A DNA stretch of 64,000 bases, taken from positions 63,738,001 through 63,802,000 of the forward strand of contig CM052816.1 in the NCBI GenBank assembly GCA_028534125.1. The letters are read 5' to 3'. The notes beneath the pieces were generated by a model. That model saw nothing but the letters and a program-made list of their open reading frames with translations. It made no database searches and was not told where the DNA came from. Made by a program: the position numbers and the translations under genes. This DNA comes from Lama glama. Lineage: Eukaryota. This document shows, in pieces, positions 12,627 to 25,649 of the stretch (position 1 is its first letter; every line of letters starts with the position of its first letter).

Positions 12627-13117
12627 ACACAGCTCAATATCAAAAAAACAACAACCCAATCAAAAAATGGGCAGATCTAAATAGACATTTCTCCAAAGAA
12701 GTCATACAGATGGCCAATAGGCACATGAAAAGATGCTCAACATCACTAATTATTTGAGAAATGAAAATCAGTACTACAATGGGGTATCACCTCACACCAG
12801 TCAGAATGGCCATCATCAAAAAGTCTACAGATAATAAATGCTAGAGAGGGTGTGAAGAAAAAGGAACCCTCTGACACTGTCGGTGGGGATGTAAACTGGT
12901 GCAGCCACTATGGAGAACTGTATGGAGGGTCCTTAAAAACTAAAAATGGAGTTACCATATGAACCAGCAATCCCACTCCTGGACATATATCCAGAGAAAA
13001 CTCTGATCCAAAAAGGCTTATGCACCCCAGTGTTTGTAGCAGCACTATTTACCATAGCCAAGACATGGGAGCAACCTTAGTGTCCATTGACGGATGACTG
13101 GATAAAGAAGCTGTGAT

Positions 13118-13155
<38 letters not shown>

Positions 13156-13600
13156 CAGGATATTACTCAGCCATAAAAGGGAATGAAATAATGTCATTTG
13201 CAGCAACATAGATGGACTTAGAGATTATCATATTGAGTGAAGTAAGTCAGAGAAAGACAAACATCATATGATATCACATATATGTGGAATCTAAAAAAAT
13301 GATACAAACGAACTTATTTACAAAACAGAGAAAGACTCATAGACGTAGAAAACAAACTTATGGTTACCAGGTGAGAGAGGATGGAGGGAGGAATAAATTG
13401 GATGTTTGGGTTTGCTGATACAAACTACTAAGTACAGAATAGATAAACAACAGTGTCCTACTGTATAACACAGGGAACTATATTCAATGGCTTGTAGTAA
13501 TCTGTAATGAAAAAGAATATGAAAAAGCAGATGTGTATGTATAATTGAATCACTATGCTGTACACCAGAAACTAATACAACATTGTAAATTTAAAAAAAT
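12627..13600 (+). mobile_element. LINE-1 3' fragment (ORF2 C-terminus plus 3' UTR), cetartiodactyl-type
   Basis: aatagacatttctccaaagaag...cacctcacaccagtcagaatggccatcatc. The tail reads cctactgtataacacagggaactatattcaat...tcactatgctgtacaccagaaactaatacaacattgtaaat followed by an A-rich end. Confidence 0.95.
13122..13152 (+). repeat. (AC)n microsatellite, about 15 units, inside L1
   Basis: Read directly from the sequence. Confidence 0.95.
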
Positions 13601-15263
13601 TTTAAAAATACTTTAAAAATCAGAGTTTATAATATTTTTAACCTGTGAAACAATGATTCTACAAGATGCATGTGACATCTAGAGTAAGGCTCCTAAAATT
13701 GTTTGGTCGTTCATAGCGTTTGTAATTGAGACTGACCATTTAATTTCTTTCTTTGAGGGAACTTGGAGTTTGGTAAGTAATACGTCAGAAATGATTATGG
13801 AAAAACGAACGAAGAATGTGTCCCTAAAGAATAAAAAATCTTTGGGAAGTGAAAAGAATCTCCTGAATTTCTGTCCTGTCACATGTTAAACTGAGAGCCA
13901 TTTAGATGAGATCACACCCTATGTAGTGCTAAGTTGGATATTTTAAGACAGATTGCCCTACTTTTCTTCTGAATGTGTAGGCAAGAGCACCTACTGTTTT
14001 CCAATAAACTTCTTGTGTGGTTTGGCTGGGCATGGGGTAGGAGCTCTAGAGAATTTGGAATTGGCTGTTGGTAACTTTTTTTTAAGAATAATAGTACATC
14101 TTCTAGGGATCAGGCTGTGTTTTGTTCGGACAGAAACATCCATTGGAGGGAAACGTGGAGCCACATTTTTGCTGGGAGGGAGTTAAGAAGGGGAGGAGGG
14201 GACAGTGGGTGTGGAAGGGTATGCTAGCCTAGTGCTTAAAGTTCTGAGCTCACTTCAAGTTTCCAAAGCATCAAATATGAAGGAGAAGTGATCAGAAGCT
14301 GCAGAGAGAGAAGCAGGAATTGTGTGGGTCGAATTCTTGCCCACAATGCACCTTTGGCTGTCAGAAACAAGCTTCTCTGCTCAGGCCTCAGATCCTGAAC
14401 TCTGGGCTAGAATTCCTCCTCCTGCCCTCCTCACAGCGGGACTCTGGTCCAGACCCTCCACACACCAGGTCTCTTTCCATCTGAAAAGTGAAGGTAATAC
14501 TGTTTGTCTCCAACAAGAAAGGGTGAGAGAATTCTATGCTTTTCAGGGGAAAGGGGTTAACTAATATCTAATTCTAGTCTTATTATTACACATGTACATA
14601 AAAATAAAGAATCTTCATAAGATTATGTATTTACAAAGAAAAGTTTAAAAAAATCATATGGGTTGAAGCCCATATACAATAATTCTATATTTTTGCTGTC
14701 TCCATCCGAGGCGTAGCTTTTGTACTCTGAGGAAAACATTTAATTAAAATCATTAAAGGGCCAGAAACTATTTAAATTTTTTCCCCCTTTTCTGATGTGT
14801 GTGTTATCTTGAGTGATAAAAGTTTAGAGAAAATTGTGGGTCCGACAAACTATTTTTGGCTAGAATGAAGAGTGATGTAAAGTTTTCATTCTGCTTTTCT
14901 AAATTTGATGATCTGTGTTTGTCGTAGCCAGACTTAGTGATGATGAAAACAGCAAATTTTTTACTTATGTATTTTCTTACTTACAATATTATTTTCTTTG
15001 ACTCCTTAATTTTAGAGAGATTTTGGTGCTTATTAGTGCCTCTATCAGAGAAAGGACAGTGATAACAGAAGAAAAGGAAGCAAAGACTTTGCCACATTAT
15101 TAGCCACTAGTCAGCAAGGGGCAGGGCTCCATATGGGAAGAGTGGAGGTGGCACTGGTGAAGGGAGGCCCTGGTTTCTCTAAAACAGGTTTCCTCACAGA
15201 TAATTTCTCAGTTGCTCACACCCGGGATCCAGGTTCTTAACAGTGAGTGAATGCTGAGTGAAT

Positions 15264-15808
15264 CTGCCAGGCAGCCAACTTCCAAGATGCCTCTCACTGA
15301 CTCCCATTCCCTGACACTCATGCTCTGTGTAGTCCCCTCTCCTGGAATGACTTGCTTCCAGCCCATAAAATATTGCAGAAGTGTTTCATGACTAGGTTTC
15401 AGAGACTGTGACTTCCAGGTGGGCAGTCTCTCTGTTGCCCTCTCATCTTGCATGCTTCAGTGGAGCAAGCCGCTGTGCTGGAGAGGCCTGGTGTGGCAAG
15501 GAACTGAATGTGGTTTCTCTGGCCAGCAGCCAGAGAGGAACTGAGGCCCTCAGTCCAGCAGCCTGTGAGGAACTGAATCCAGCTAAAAACCATGTGAACT
15601 TGGAAGTGGATCCTTCCCTAGTTGAGTCTTGAGGTGACTCCATCCCAGCCATGATCTTGAGTGCAGCCTATGAGAAAATCTGAAGCCAAGGACCCAGCTC
15701 TGCCATGCCCAGATTCCCAGCCCAAAGAAACTGAGATAATGAAAGTGTACTGTTTTATGCTGCTAAAGTTTGAGGTAATTTATTAAGCAGCAATGGATAA
15801 ATAAGAGA
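15264..15808 (+). mobile_element. MaLR solo LTR, MLT1E/MLT1F-like
   Basis: gaggaactgaggccctcagtcca...gaggaactgaatcc...cttggaagtggatccttccc and the end tgttttatgctgctaaagtttgaggtaattt...gcagcaatggataa. Confidence 0.85.
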
Positions 15809-18729
15809 TAATAGTATACTCTGTTACTGTACTTTGAAATGATTCTGTTCACTTTAGGCAAAAGAAGAAATAATCTGATGAATTTATCTGTACTACAATG
15901 TTAGGGAACTCAGGATGTAAGCCCTGTTGGAATACAGTGTTGTTTGAGAGGAGGTAATGCCAACACAGTAGAGTGCATGAATAATGGCAGAATTTTAGGA
16001 TTTGAGGCAATAATGGAGAAAGTGTTCTTTTGAAAATGAGGAAGCTTTCTAGAAAGAGACTCTGCCTCTTGACAGGAGGTGCTTATGGACAAGAAGGGAT
16101 TATTGATGGCAATGTTGGAGGCTGTATACTACCTGGTCCATCCCATAGAGTCTTGCATATAGGATTCTTTTGGGGGATACCAAGAAAATAGCTCAAGCCC
16201 AGACATCTTCTGCAGTGTCCACACCACCCTGGGGAATCTCATGCATTCTTGCCATGCTGAGTCGTGGGAATGCTGCCGTGTATCTCCTTGACGGTTTCAC
16301 TCTCCAGCACCTTCCGGTGCTTTCAGATAGAGATGCTCAGCCATCCCTGGTGTAGTGTAGGGGTTACTCTGAGGTCAGCTCCAGAAGTATGAATGGTTTG
16401 AGTGACTTTCTGAGAGTTTTTCTCCTTCCCGTCTTTGAGGAGGGGAATCACCCACTTCTGTTCTCCCCCTAGAAATAAACCCCGTTGTGATGGAATGTCA
16501 CCATATGAGGACAAACTGGCTAACTAAGGGTTGGGGGAAACATGTGACACTGTGTGACTCCATTTATTTCCCTTCCCCTCTCCCATCTACTCCAAGTCCC
16601 TGGCCATACTCAAGCAGAATTATAGAATGTGAGAGCTGGAATTCACCCTAGCGATAGTCTAGTTCAGTGGTTTCCAATTTCGCTTCACAGACTCTTTGAG
16701 ATTTTATGGCCGTCCTCCTACAAGGCAAGAGGAACAACAGGGAGAGGTGAGGGAAGCGAGCAAGTGGGCTTCCAGCTTTTATGTATTGCATGTGCTGGGC
16801 GTCCATGTAGGTTTTGTTTTAACAAGAGTTTCACTGCTAAAACCAGTTGACATCTCTGCAAACAAGGCCCAGCAAGGTTAAGTAACCTGCTCAGACAGAG
16901 CTGGATCAGGAAGAAGCGCAGCCTGGGCATTGCCTGGGGTGGCAACCTATTGAGAGCACTAAATACATCCCTGGAGGTGTGAGAATATGCAGGGAATTGC
17001 ATTTACCAGACCTCTGCATGCTGTGTGGGGCTTGAGGGAACATAAAGCTGAGCTGCGTGGGTGACATCTTCAAGGGGCACTTGCGAGGCCACGTAAAGTC
17101 ACAAAACTGCCTTGTAAGAGAATGGAGCCAAGAAACTGCACATTCTTGTTTTGGTAACTAGAAAATATGCTTTCTTTCTTCCCCTTTCCACACCTAGTGC
17201 TCAGCCTTCCCCCTAAGTTTTGAACAAGTATTTAAAGGAGTATTAGGTTTTTCACTAGCAGGCAGCACTCATATGAGCCTGTCTGGCTTGGTGCCCTCAG
17301 GAACGTGGCCAGCATGTGGCTGAGCCAGAATGAGGAACTGAGCCTCCAGACACCAACCCCAGCATCCTTCTCTCACCATGAAACCCCTTCTCCTTTATGA
17401 AGAAACCAGCACAATGGTGCTTATCAATATACAAAGGACATACAAGGAACTTGTCTTCCACTGGTTCATTTCTGTATTCAAATAAATCAAGAATATATTT
17501 TCTCCCTCTTCCGGCTGTTATGAGGCTTGCTCACACAGTGTGTACGACCCTTTGGATAAAGGCATAATGTAAAACAAAGTTGTATTAATAAGATATTGCT
17601 AATATTCATCAATATGAAATGCAGTAGTGTTCAGGGGTGAGGAAGTCAGGGAAGAATGTTGTAAACTCCTCTGAGATCTGCAAGACCAGACACTTCCCAG
17701 TGCTTCTTGGTAAATACTCAGCCTACAAATGGTCCCCCAAAGTGCAGTAAAACATACAACTCTTAATGTTTGTGTTAGGTGGAAATTATGGCTTGGAAAA
17801 CTCTAGCAGATCTCTTCAATCATGAAAACAGTGAGAGATGTTAAATTTCATGTAATTATCCAGTCAGAATGGAAGCTACATTACATTCTGTGCTTTATGT
17901 GTTAACTGCCTAAAAAAGCCAGGATCCTTATATTCCTAGCATATAGGCTATGTTCTAATTGAACTTCTTAATGTGTCTGACAGATGGGAAATAGCTCATT
18001 TTGACCTTCGATATCTAGTCTTCAGTTCATATAACCTAATAACATGAGATTATTACTTTTGTATTTTATATACATCTGTTATAAAGACCCTAGTTTCAAG
18101 AATAGCAATCAAAATTTTGTTTTTCTGTATCTTTCCATTTGGCTCTGAGAAGCTTGTAGTTATGGATATTATCTCATTAAACCAAGAGAATACAGTCTTA
18201 TTATGCTCTTTTTGTAAAGTGAGCTGCTGAGTTACATGAGAGTTGAGCAACTTCTCTGAGTTCGCAGAAGCCATGGAGAAAACTGGGAATCAGGTCAGTC
18301 TTCCTGATTTGCTGGGCTTTCCAATCTTTCAAAAAGTGTAGAACTCTTTCAAAGTTTAATTCTGACCCTACAGAGTCCCAGAAGCACATACCATCTCTCT
18401 GTCTCATTCTTCTTGTCTCTCAGGTGCTATTCATTGGACATGGGCAGTGCCAACCTGCAGCATGAGATACAAATGAGTCGGGGAGAAATCCACTGGAATT
18501 GAAACTGAAACCAAAGCCCAACCACGCCAAACAATCTACCACACAGCTACTGAGCTCATAGATAAGCATGAGATTTATAAATTCAGCTCTAAAGACCTAA
18601 AGAAATAGCACCACCTGGGAGAACATCCACTCCCCATAAGCATTCACACTGAAGAAGCAGCAAAATTCCCTGTCCTATTGTTAAACATCTCAAGGACAGG
18701 AGACTTAGCCGTGGTCTTTGCTGATCCTT

Positions 18730-18990
18730 TTCCTCTTTGATTTATACCTCTCCTGTGGTCACTCCCGTTTTGTCTCCTTTACATACATTTTCTCCTCCAC
18801 CAATCCTTTATATCCTGCTAGTCCTTGGGGTTATGTCCTATATCCTCTTCTCATCACCACTTATCCTCTCTTCCAGGTAATTTTGTCCACGTCCTTGCTT
18901 CAGTTACCATAAAGAGATTGCCAACACCAAAATCTGTCACCAGCTCAGGTCTCTTACATTAACGTCTCTATAGAGCTGTCCCCTGGGCCC
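18730..18990 (+). mobile_element. L2 relic
   Basis: Pyrimidine-rich, with cttggggttatgtcctatatcctcttctc...ttcagttaccat resembling L2 internal sequence. Confidence 0.5.
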
Positions 18991-19395
18991 CCCAAACTTG
19001 GACTAATAACAAGGTTACTAGAACTTTATGATGTTAGGCCTGGCTCATTATTAAGCCTTCTTGAGTTCCCGAAGTTGCTTATTTCTTTGACCTTTCTACT
19101 TTTAAAGACAAAAATAGGCTTTAAAAAAACTAAAGATGATTAGATAAGTCCTACATTCTCTACTCACCCCCTCTCAAGGCCCCACTAGAATAACAATAAA
19201 AAAATGCATAAACCCACAAGAACAAAGAGAAAGAGAGCATGAGCTCACAGCACATGAAGGAGGTTGCTAGATCTGGCAGGCAAGGGATGCCAGGGCCCAG
19301 GGTGTTCATGGGGTTTACGAGCCAGACAGTCATTCCCCCTCCCCACATCATGGCGTGGTGTCAGGCACAGTGGAAAAGTTGGGATAAGTTGTAGG

Positions 19396-19633
19396 CAGTG
19401 ATGTGCTAGTAAATAGTCTCCAGCCAGCTCTCTGAAAAAGAAGGAAGGCAAGAAAGAAAGGAAGAAGGAAAGAAGAAATCAAGTCCCGATTTGTAGCATT
19501 TACTCATTTTTGTGGTGGAAGTATGGCCAATTTCAAGCTCCCGTTGTGACGTCATTGAATCTGGGATTGATTGAGAATGAAGTGCACAATTGGCTTTTTG
19601 GTTTGGCAGGAGATGTTTCCTGGCACATTATTG
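19396..19633. mobile_element. MER63A-like hAT MITE
   Basis: Imperfect TIRs cagtgatgtgcta / tggcacattattg, with internal gatttgtagcattt and atggccaatttcaagctc...gtgacgtcattgaa. Confidence 0.8.
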
Positions 19634-19870
19634 GATAAAAGGCCAAAAACAGGGAGACTGGTCCAACTTTAGTGTATAGAGAGGTTGATCCTTATAACCT
19701 ACCCCTTAGTTCATACAAAGAACGCCACAGCTATGTCTGTCATCTCCCCATCACCACAAACATACAAGACTTGGAAAACAAACTAGGCTCAGAGATGGAG
19801 TTCCAAATCTCTAGAAATGAATTAAGAGCATCAGAAAGGAATTATTTAGGAATACTTATAAAAACTTATT

Positions 19871-19891
19871 TGTGTGTGTGTGTGCGCGCGC
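19871..19891 (+). repeat. (TG)7(CG)3 alternating purine-pyrimidine tract
   Basis: Read directly: tgtgtgtgtgtgtgcgcgcgc. Confidence 0.9.
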
Positions 19892-19924
19892 TTATATAAA
19901 ACTTTTAAATTGCTCTAAGAGACT

Positions 19925-20325
19925 ATCGACTATTTAAAGCAAACTAATTTAAATGCCTTGTGGGGATTTAAAATCAAATACAAGAACAACATTAGCACAA
20001 AGGGCACGAGGGGAGAAATAAACCTATGCTTTTGTTAAGGTTCCTACATTCATGAAGCAAGATGATACTGTTTGAAGGTAGTCTTAGATGACTTAAAGAT
20101 ACATAGTGTAATTTCTAGATCAACCATTAAAGAAGTGAAGTCAGTAAGAGGTATACAAAAGAAGTCAATACTAAAACATAATCAATTCATCTAAAATGAA
20201 CTAGGAGAGGAGAAAGAGAAGAACAAAGATCAAATGGGATGAATATAAAACAAATACCAAGATGAAAGACTTTAACCCAACCATTTCAATAACTACATTA
20301 AATGTGAATAAATTAAACACATTGG
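19925..20325 (+). mobile_element. Old L1M relic, inter-ORF region to ORF2 start
   Basis: Ends ccaaccatttcaataactacattaaatgtgaataaattaaacac, a decayed ISIITLNVNGLN endonuclease start. Confidence 0.75.
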
Positions 20326-20339
20326 TTACATTTTTTGAA

Positions 20340-20476
20340 AGTTAAAAATCCAGTATCTCAGGTGCACTAGCTACATTTCAAGTGCTCAGAAGCTACACAT
20401 GTCTTGTGGCTACCACACCCGACAGAAGACATAAAGAAATTTCCCTCATTGCAGAGAATTCTGTTGGCCAGCACTG
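20340..20476. mobile_element. MER3 hAT-Charlie MITE, half element
   Basis: cactagctacatttcaagtgctca...gtggctacc...cattgcagagaattctgttggccagcactg. Confidence 0.85.
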
Positions 20477-20499
20477 TTTCAAAGAGTGATTAACTCAGA

Positions 20500-21030
20500 A
20501 TGAATGAGAGGGATGGAGCACTCCAGGGGTAGGATTCTATAATAATATGTAGATTTCAGATTGTGCAAGTGAACAAGTAAGGCAAGTGGAATTTTCAGGA
20601 AAGATGACAAGTTGATCAGGAAAATAAAGCATTTATAGTAAACGTGACTCAATAGTGAACAGTGAGTACATGAACAAAGTTGTGTCAATACTGATAATTG
20701 ATTTCTTCTGAAAATACCTACCAATAAGTGGATAGCTCTTTGGGAGAACGGGAGAGGGGAGAGGCAGTGATGGATGAGAAAACTAAAACTCATCTACTGT
20801 AAGAAGAAACTGATACCAACTAGTGTCGATAAAAGTAGTATCCACATTTTTTTTTCAGAATATGGGAGTGACTACTATGGGGAAAGGTTGAAGGAATTTT
20901 TCCCTGGGGAGTAGAACAGGAGGTGAGATGGAGTAGTTGTTGTTTGTCTTAAGCCTTTTGGAGGTATTTGATTTTTAAAAACATATGCACATATTAACTG
21001 GATAAAATAAAATACTTGTACAAAAAAAAA
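20500..21030 (+). mobile_element. HAL1/L1ME 3'-end relic
   Basis: taagccttttggaggtatttgatttttaaaaacatatgcacatattaactggataaaataaaa plus an A tail is typical of HAL1/L1ME termini. Confidence 0.55.
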
Positions 21031-22669
21031 TCCAGACAGATCTAATTGTTATCTATCCCCTTATTATTTGGTCATAATATTCAAGTAGCTAATGGGACCA
21101 CTGATAATTTATGGAGCCTCTGGGTTACAATGAAACCTGTTTAATGTACTATAAAACCTATTATAAATAAGTTTAATTTAAAATACATAAAAGAGATAAA
21201 TATATAAATTAAAAAGAATAAAAAGACACATAAAGGTACAAAGGAGAGAGGATTCATCTGTTGGCAAGGCACACTGGGTCCCAAGAATATTGAGAGAAAA
21301 GAAGGCAGAAAGAGATGGTATGTGGTCCAGGAGTCTAAGGTGGGAAACTGAGCAGATGACAGAATGCTTGCTTTATCCAGAGCCTGCCTCTTCCTGTCCT
21401 GGCCCCTGATGGTCCTACTCAGAACAGAAAAATTTGTCCCATGGAGAGAATGAAGCCAGAGTCCAGGGAATCTGAGCTCCAGGCACTGTGCAGCAGGAGA
21501 AATGTCTGTCCCTCTTTACACACGGGATTTCTGAGAAAACCCTGGCTCACAGTCAGGCTGACTTACTGGGGCTGCAGCTTTGCCACGTTGAGATTGTGTA
21601 ATCGGAAGTGAGTATTTAATACAGTCATTGGAATTTTGGACAACATTAGGGAAGGGATTAAAGACTCAAAATGAAATTGAGTAATTCGGTAATAACTAAA
21701 ATGTAGTCATTATTACTATGTAAGTGTTTCCCAAGGTCTATAAAGGTAACTAAGGTTTTGAACTTTCAATTTGAAAGATTTCTCATCAACAGAATGTCAC
21801 TCTTTGAGTGTATGTGCCCTGATGACTGTCTATTTACTTCCATCCATGGAGCCAAGCTTTTACTTATTTCAGGACATGATCTTCCCTTTGGTGCTGACTT
21901 GCCTTTTTGCTTTCCTTCCTGCCTAGTCTAATGTGAGCAAATTGTTCCCAGTTCTATGTCTTCCCAACACAGCCTACTCAGCAAAATGCTCCATCAGGCA
22001 GTTAGCTGTCTGAATTGTCTGTAGCAGAGGCAATTTTATACCCAGATCAAGATTTGACAGAGCACCAGGAAGATTTAAGGTTCACAGACATGGCATAGCA
22101 CACTGGTTGGGAACCACTGGCTTACCCTCTCTGGCAAACGTCATCTCTGACCCTGAAACAAGGCACGCATAGGGTGGTTCTCCACTGTGCTGTTCTGCCT
22201 CACAATTCTCTATAGGGTAAGGATGAAGATTCCTGTTTTACTGAAGAGGGAACCGCTCTTTACAGAGGTTAAACCATTGATTGCATTTGATGGGAGCAGA
22301 TTTTTTCCTATTCTTACATACCTGTTCCTGCCTGCTTCCCTGTATATACTCATGTGATATACCTCATTGCTCATCTAGAAATGTCTAAGGCAGTCTGATT
22401 TCATAGGAGGAAAGCTGCCTTATCATTGTAGTCACCTGATGCCGTCTTCCCCAACAACTGAGTAATGAGAAACAATTATTATTGAAAAACAATATAACAT
22501 AAATATACAGAAGGTTGTGAAAGATTAGACCAGTTGTCAGTAGTCATGCTAAGTGAGTAAGCAATGCAGAAGGAAGTGGCAAGTTACTGTGGCATCCTAA
22601 AAGTTATCTTTTTTTTCTTCTAGTTTTCTTTTTTGGGGTGCTTGAAAGCCTTTGGAAATTAGAAGCTGT

Positions 22670-22860
22670 ATTCCCTTTCTTGCTTAATAACACCACCATC
22701 CCATGAGTCTGGAAATCACTGCAGACTCTTCCTTCATACACCGTAATTACCTCACTTTCTTCATCACCTTCATTTGATCTGTCACACACTCCTATTAACC
22801 TGAATTCCAAAGTATCTGTCTTATCTTTCCATCCTACTCTATTCACGCTTGTCGTGTTAG
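22670..22860 (+). mobile_element. L2 relic
   Basis: aataacaccaccatcccatgagtc...cctgaattccaaagtatctgtcttatctttccatcctactct resembles L2. Confidence 0.5.
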
Positions 22861-24867
22861 GGTCAGACTGCCTGGGCTGAACGCAGCTCTGCCTCGCGTT
22901 CTCTGTGCCCTTCTCCAGCAGTGTGCTGGAGTGCTCCTGTTGCCCACACCACATCAGCCGGACAGACTGCCACGTTGTAGCTGCTCCCAGGTAGAGGTCT
23001 CCTCTCCTACACTGCCAATAGCTTGCTTCAGTTTTTAGGTTTTCTTTTCTGGTAAGGTTAGATACTTTCTTGATGTTTATTTACCCTATCTACTTCTTTC
23101 TCCCTGTTCATATCCTTTGTCCATTTTCAAAACTTGGACTATTTTTAAATGTTTTAATTAATACTACCTATATTCACATTTCAACCTTCTCTTCAGAAAC
23201 AATTTAATATTTCTCTTCATGTTTCAAGTTACTCTCAGAAGCAATAAAATGTGAGTGAAAATAGTGAAACAACACTGTGAAGGCATTAAATATCACCCCT
23301 AGATGGAATTTCCCTGGGAATTATCTGCATAAAGTGAATAAACTTTGTCTTTAGGATGTTAATGCTGAATCATCTTATCATCGCTATAAACTATCATTCC
23401 TTAATAATGAGTGGCCAAAGAACAGGAATTTAGAAAGGAAAGTAGAAAAAAAATGTTACGTGGCCTCATTCTTCTAGATCTTTTTGCTCCATCCAGATCC
23501 TGTTACTAAACTTCCCTAGAGAATGCCAGGTTCTGTGTAATGTCTCTTTTATATTTCCTTTGTTATTGGTAGTAGAATAAAACTGATGTGTCATTATTAT
23601 TATCACTTAAAATATATCACCTAATATATGAAAGTACTAATAATGCACCTTCTCTTATACTAGTGGGGAAGGAAAATTTGGGAGGCTTCTGTTTATATTT
23701 TTAAAATTGAATCATTAAGGGACAGAGACTATCCTTTGGTTTGTTGTGATTTAAAAAAACCCAAAAAACTATCTGTAGTCTCTCCAATCTGTTTTAATAG
23801 GAAACCACAAAAGTTGCACTGCCTTCCTAATTCAAGTCCGTTTCTTTAGGACAGATTAAAAAAATCACAGTAAATGAAATATCGGCCACCTGGAAATGCT
23901 CCAGATTCTTGGCACTCTCACTTACCCCCTCTTCCTCATCAACTGTTTGTCACGGTTGGAGACCAATTGTTCCTTGAAAGTGGATCTGCCTGCTTTCCTC
24001 AAGTTCCTCTCAGTCTTCTTGGGTTAAAGTTAATCTGCCTCACTTTCCATTTTCAGCCACCAACTGTATCTGTAGCTGCAGTGACATTTTTACACAAGGA
24101 AAGATGTATGCTGCCCATCTGTCATGTAAGGACGTAATGTAGCTAAACCATCTACCCTGTCTTTTACTACATTGTGAGTGATGAAAACAAAGGGCTGGAC
24201 TCGGTTTCTCCTTGGAGAACTGGTGGCAAGAGATACCCCCTGTATGTTATGCTGCCTAGAAGATGAACATTAGGTGAGGCACTGTCAACGGACTGCAGAA
24301 GCACCTCTGCCAGAGGCTGTGGATCTGGGCTTGCAATGCCTTCAGCCTCTGTTTTGAAATTCTGAGCTCAGTGTTTTAATGTCTGACTTGTTTTAATGTT
24401 TTAAAATGTGTCAGTGTTTTAATGTCTGACTCAGTGCCTGAGGGAGACTTTCCCAGGACAGTGAGCAGCTTAGTGGAGGGGGGACAGGAGGTCTGAACAA
24501 GGGTATCAGCCTTGTCACTGACCAACCAGGGGACCCTGGGCAACTCTCTTCACTTTGTCAACACTGGTTTACTCCTCTGTAAAAGGACAGAATTGAGCTT
24601 AATCACCATTTCTAACATCCTGCTTATTACGATGTCATTTACTTATGTTGCTCTAAATGCAAAAATGAGACCCTGTTGCCTTGTTACAGGCTAGAACGTG
24701 GCTGCTGGGAGGGCTTTCAGCTGCACAGAGTAGGTGCCCTGATTCGTCCACTGCACTTTCTCTTTGAGACATCTGCCTTTGAGCAGCAGCACAAGTTTGC
24801 TGTGCCCAACTTATGACCAGGGAAACCCCTGAAATGGAAGAATAATGACCAAGATACTTTATTGGCT

Positions 24868-25276
24868 TGTTTGGTAGATTGGATTGTGTCTCCTGTTTTT
24901 AAGATACATGCCATGTAGCCTTACGGTGTCTCCTGCTGTGGGCAGAGCATGCTTTCTGCTCCATAAGTGTTGGACTTGGCCACTGACCTGCTTTGGACAG
25001 TGAGATGTTACCAGCTGTGCTGCACAAGCAGAGGCCTTCCCTGTTCTAGCATCGTGTCACTTGATTTGGTGCATTTCTGCTATTCATCCCGAGAAGAACA
25101 AGTCCTTAACAGTGGCTGGTCCAAGGAGAATGAGAGGCTTGTAGAACAAATACAAACCCACTGGCAGCCAGAAGCAGAACTGACCTGAAGCCCTAGAAGC
25201 AAGCAAAATAAGTATTTGTTGTTGCAAGCCACTGAGATTTTGAGGTTGTTATACTGCAAAAACCAACCAGAATGTA
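24868..25276 (+). mobile_element. MaLR solo LTR, MLT1I/J-like
   Basis: ttggacttggccactgacctgctttggacagtgagatgt and the end ttgttgttgcaagccactgagattttgaggttgtta. Confidence 0.8.
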
Positions 25277-25649
25277 TTTTTCTAGCAACTTAAAATTACG
25301 CAAATAAGGATTTGTTCCCTTGGCTTTGTTTTCTCTAAAAATATGCCTATCTGGGATAAACTTTTTTAAAAAGCTCTGTATTTCCTACCTTAGGAAGAAT
25401 GGACTTATTAAGACTTTCCTAGAAAGGATCTTATAGGGAGAAGGGAGGAAGGGAGGAGAGCAAAAGTCACGAATGTACCAGGGGCAGGGGGGACTCATTG
25501 GAGGATGTGTTCATGGGGATGGAGTGGGTTGGAAAGAGGAGACTTTAAAAGCCAGTGGCAAACTTCATTAGTTTTATGGCTTGGTCCATGGCTTCTTTAG
25601 TTCTGAGGAGCTGTGTGTCAGGACTGGACATCCTTTAGATGTCAGTTCT

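Noticed and set aside
21290..21780. Possible very old LTR (MamGypsy/LTR8x-like) relic
   Set aside because: Only a vague resemblance; I could not identify termini or diagnostic motifs without a Dfam search
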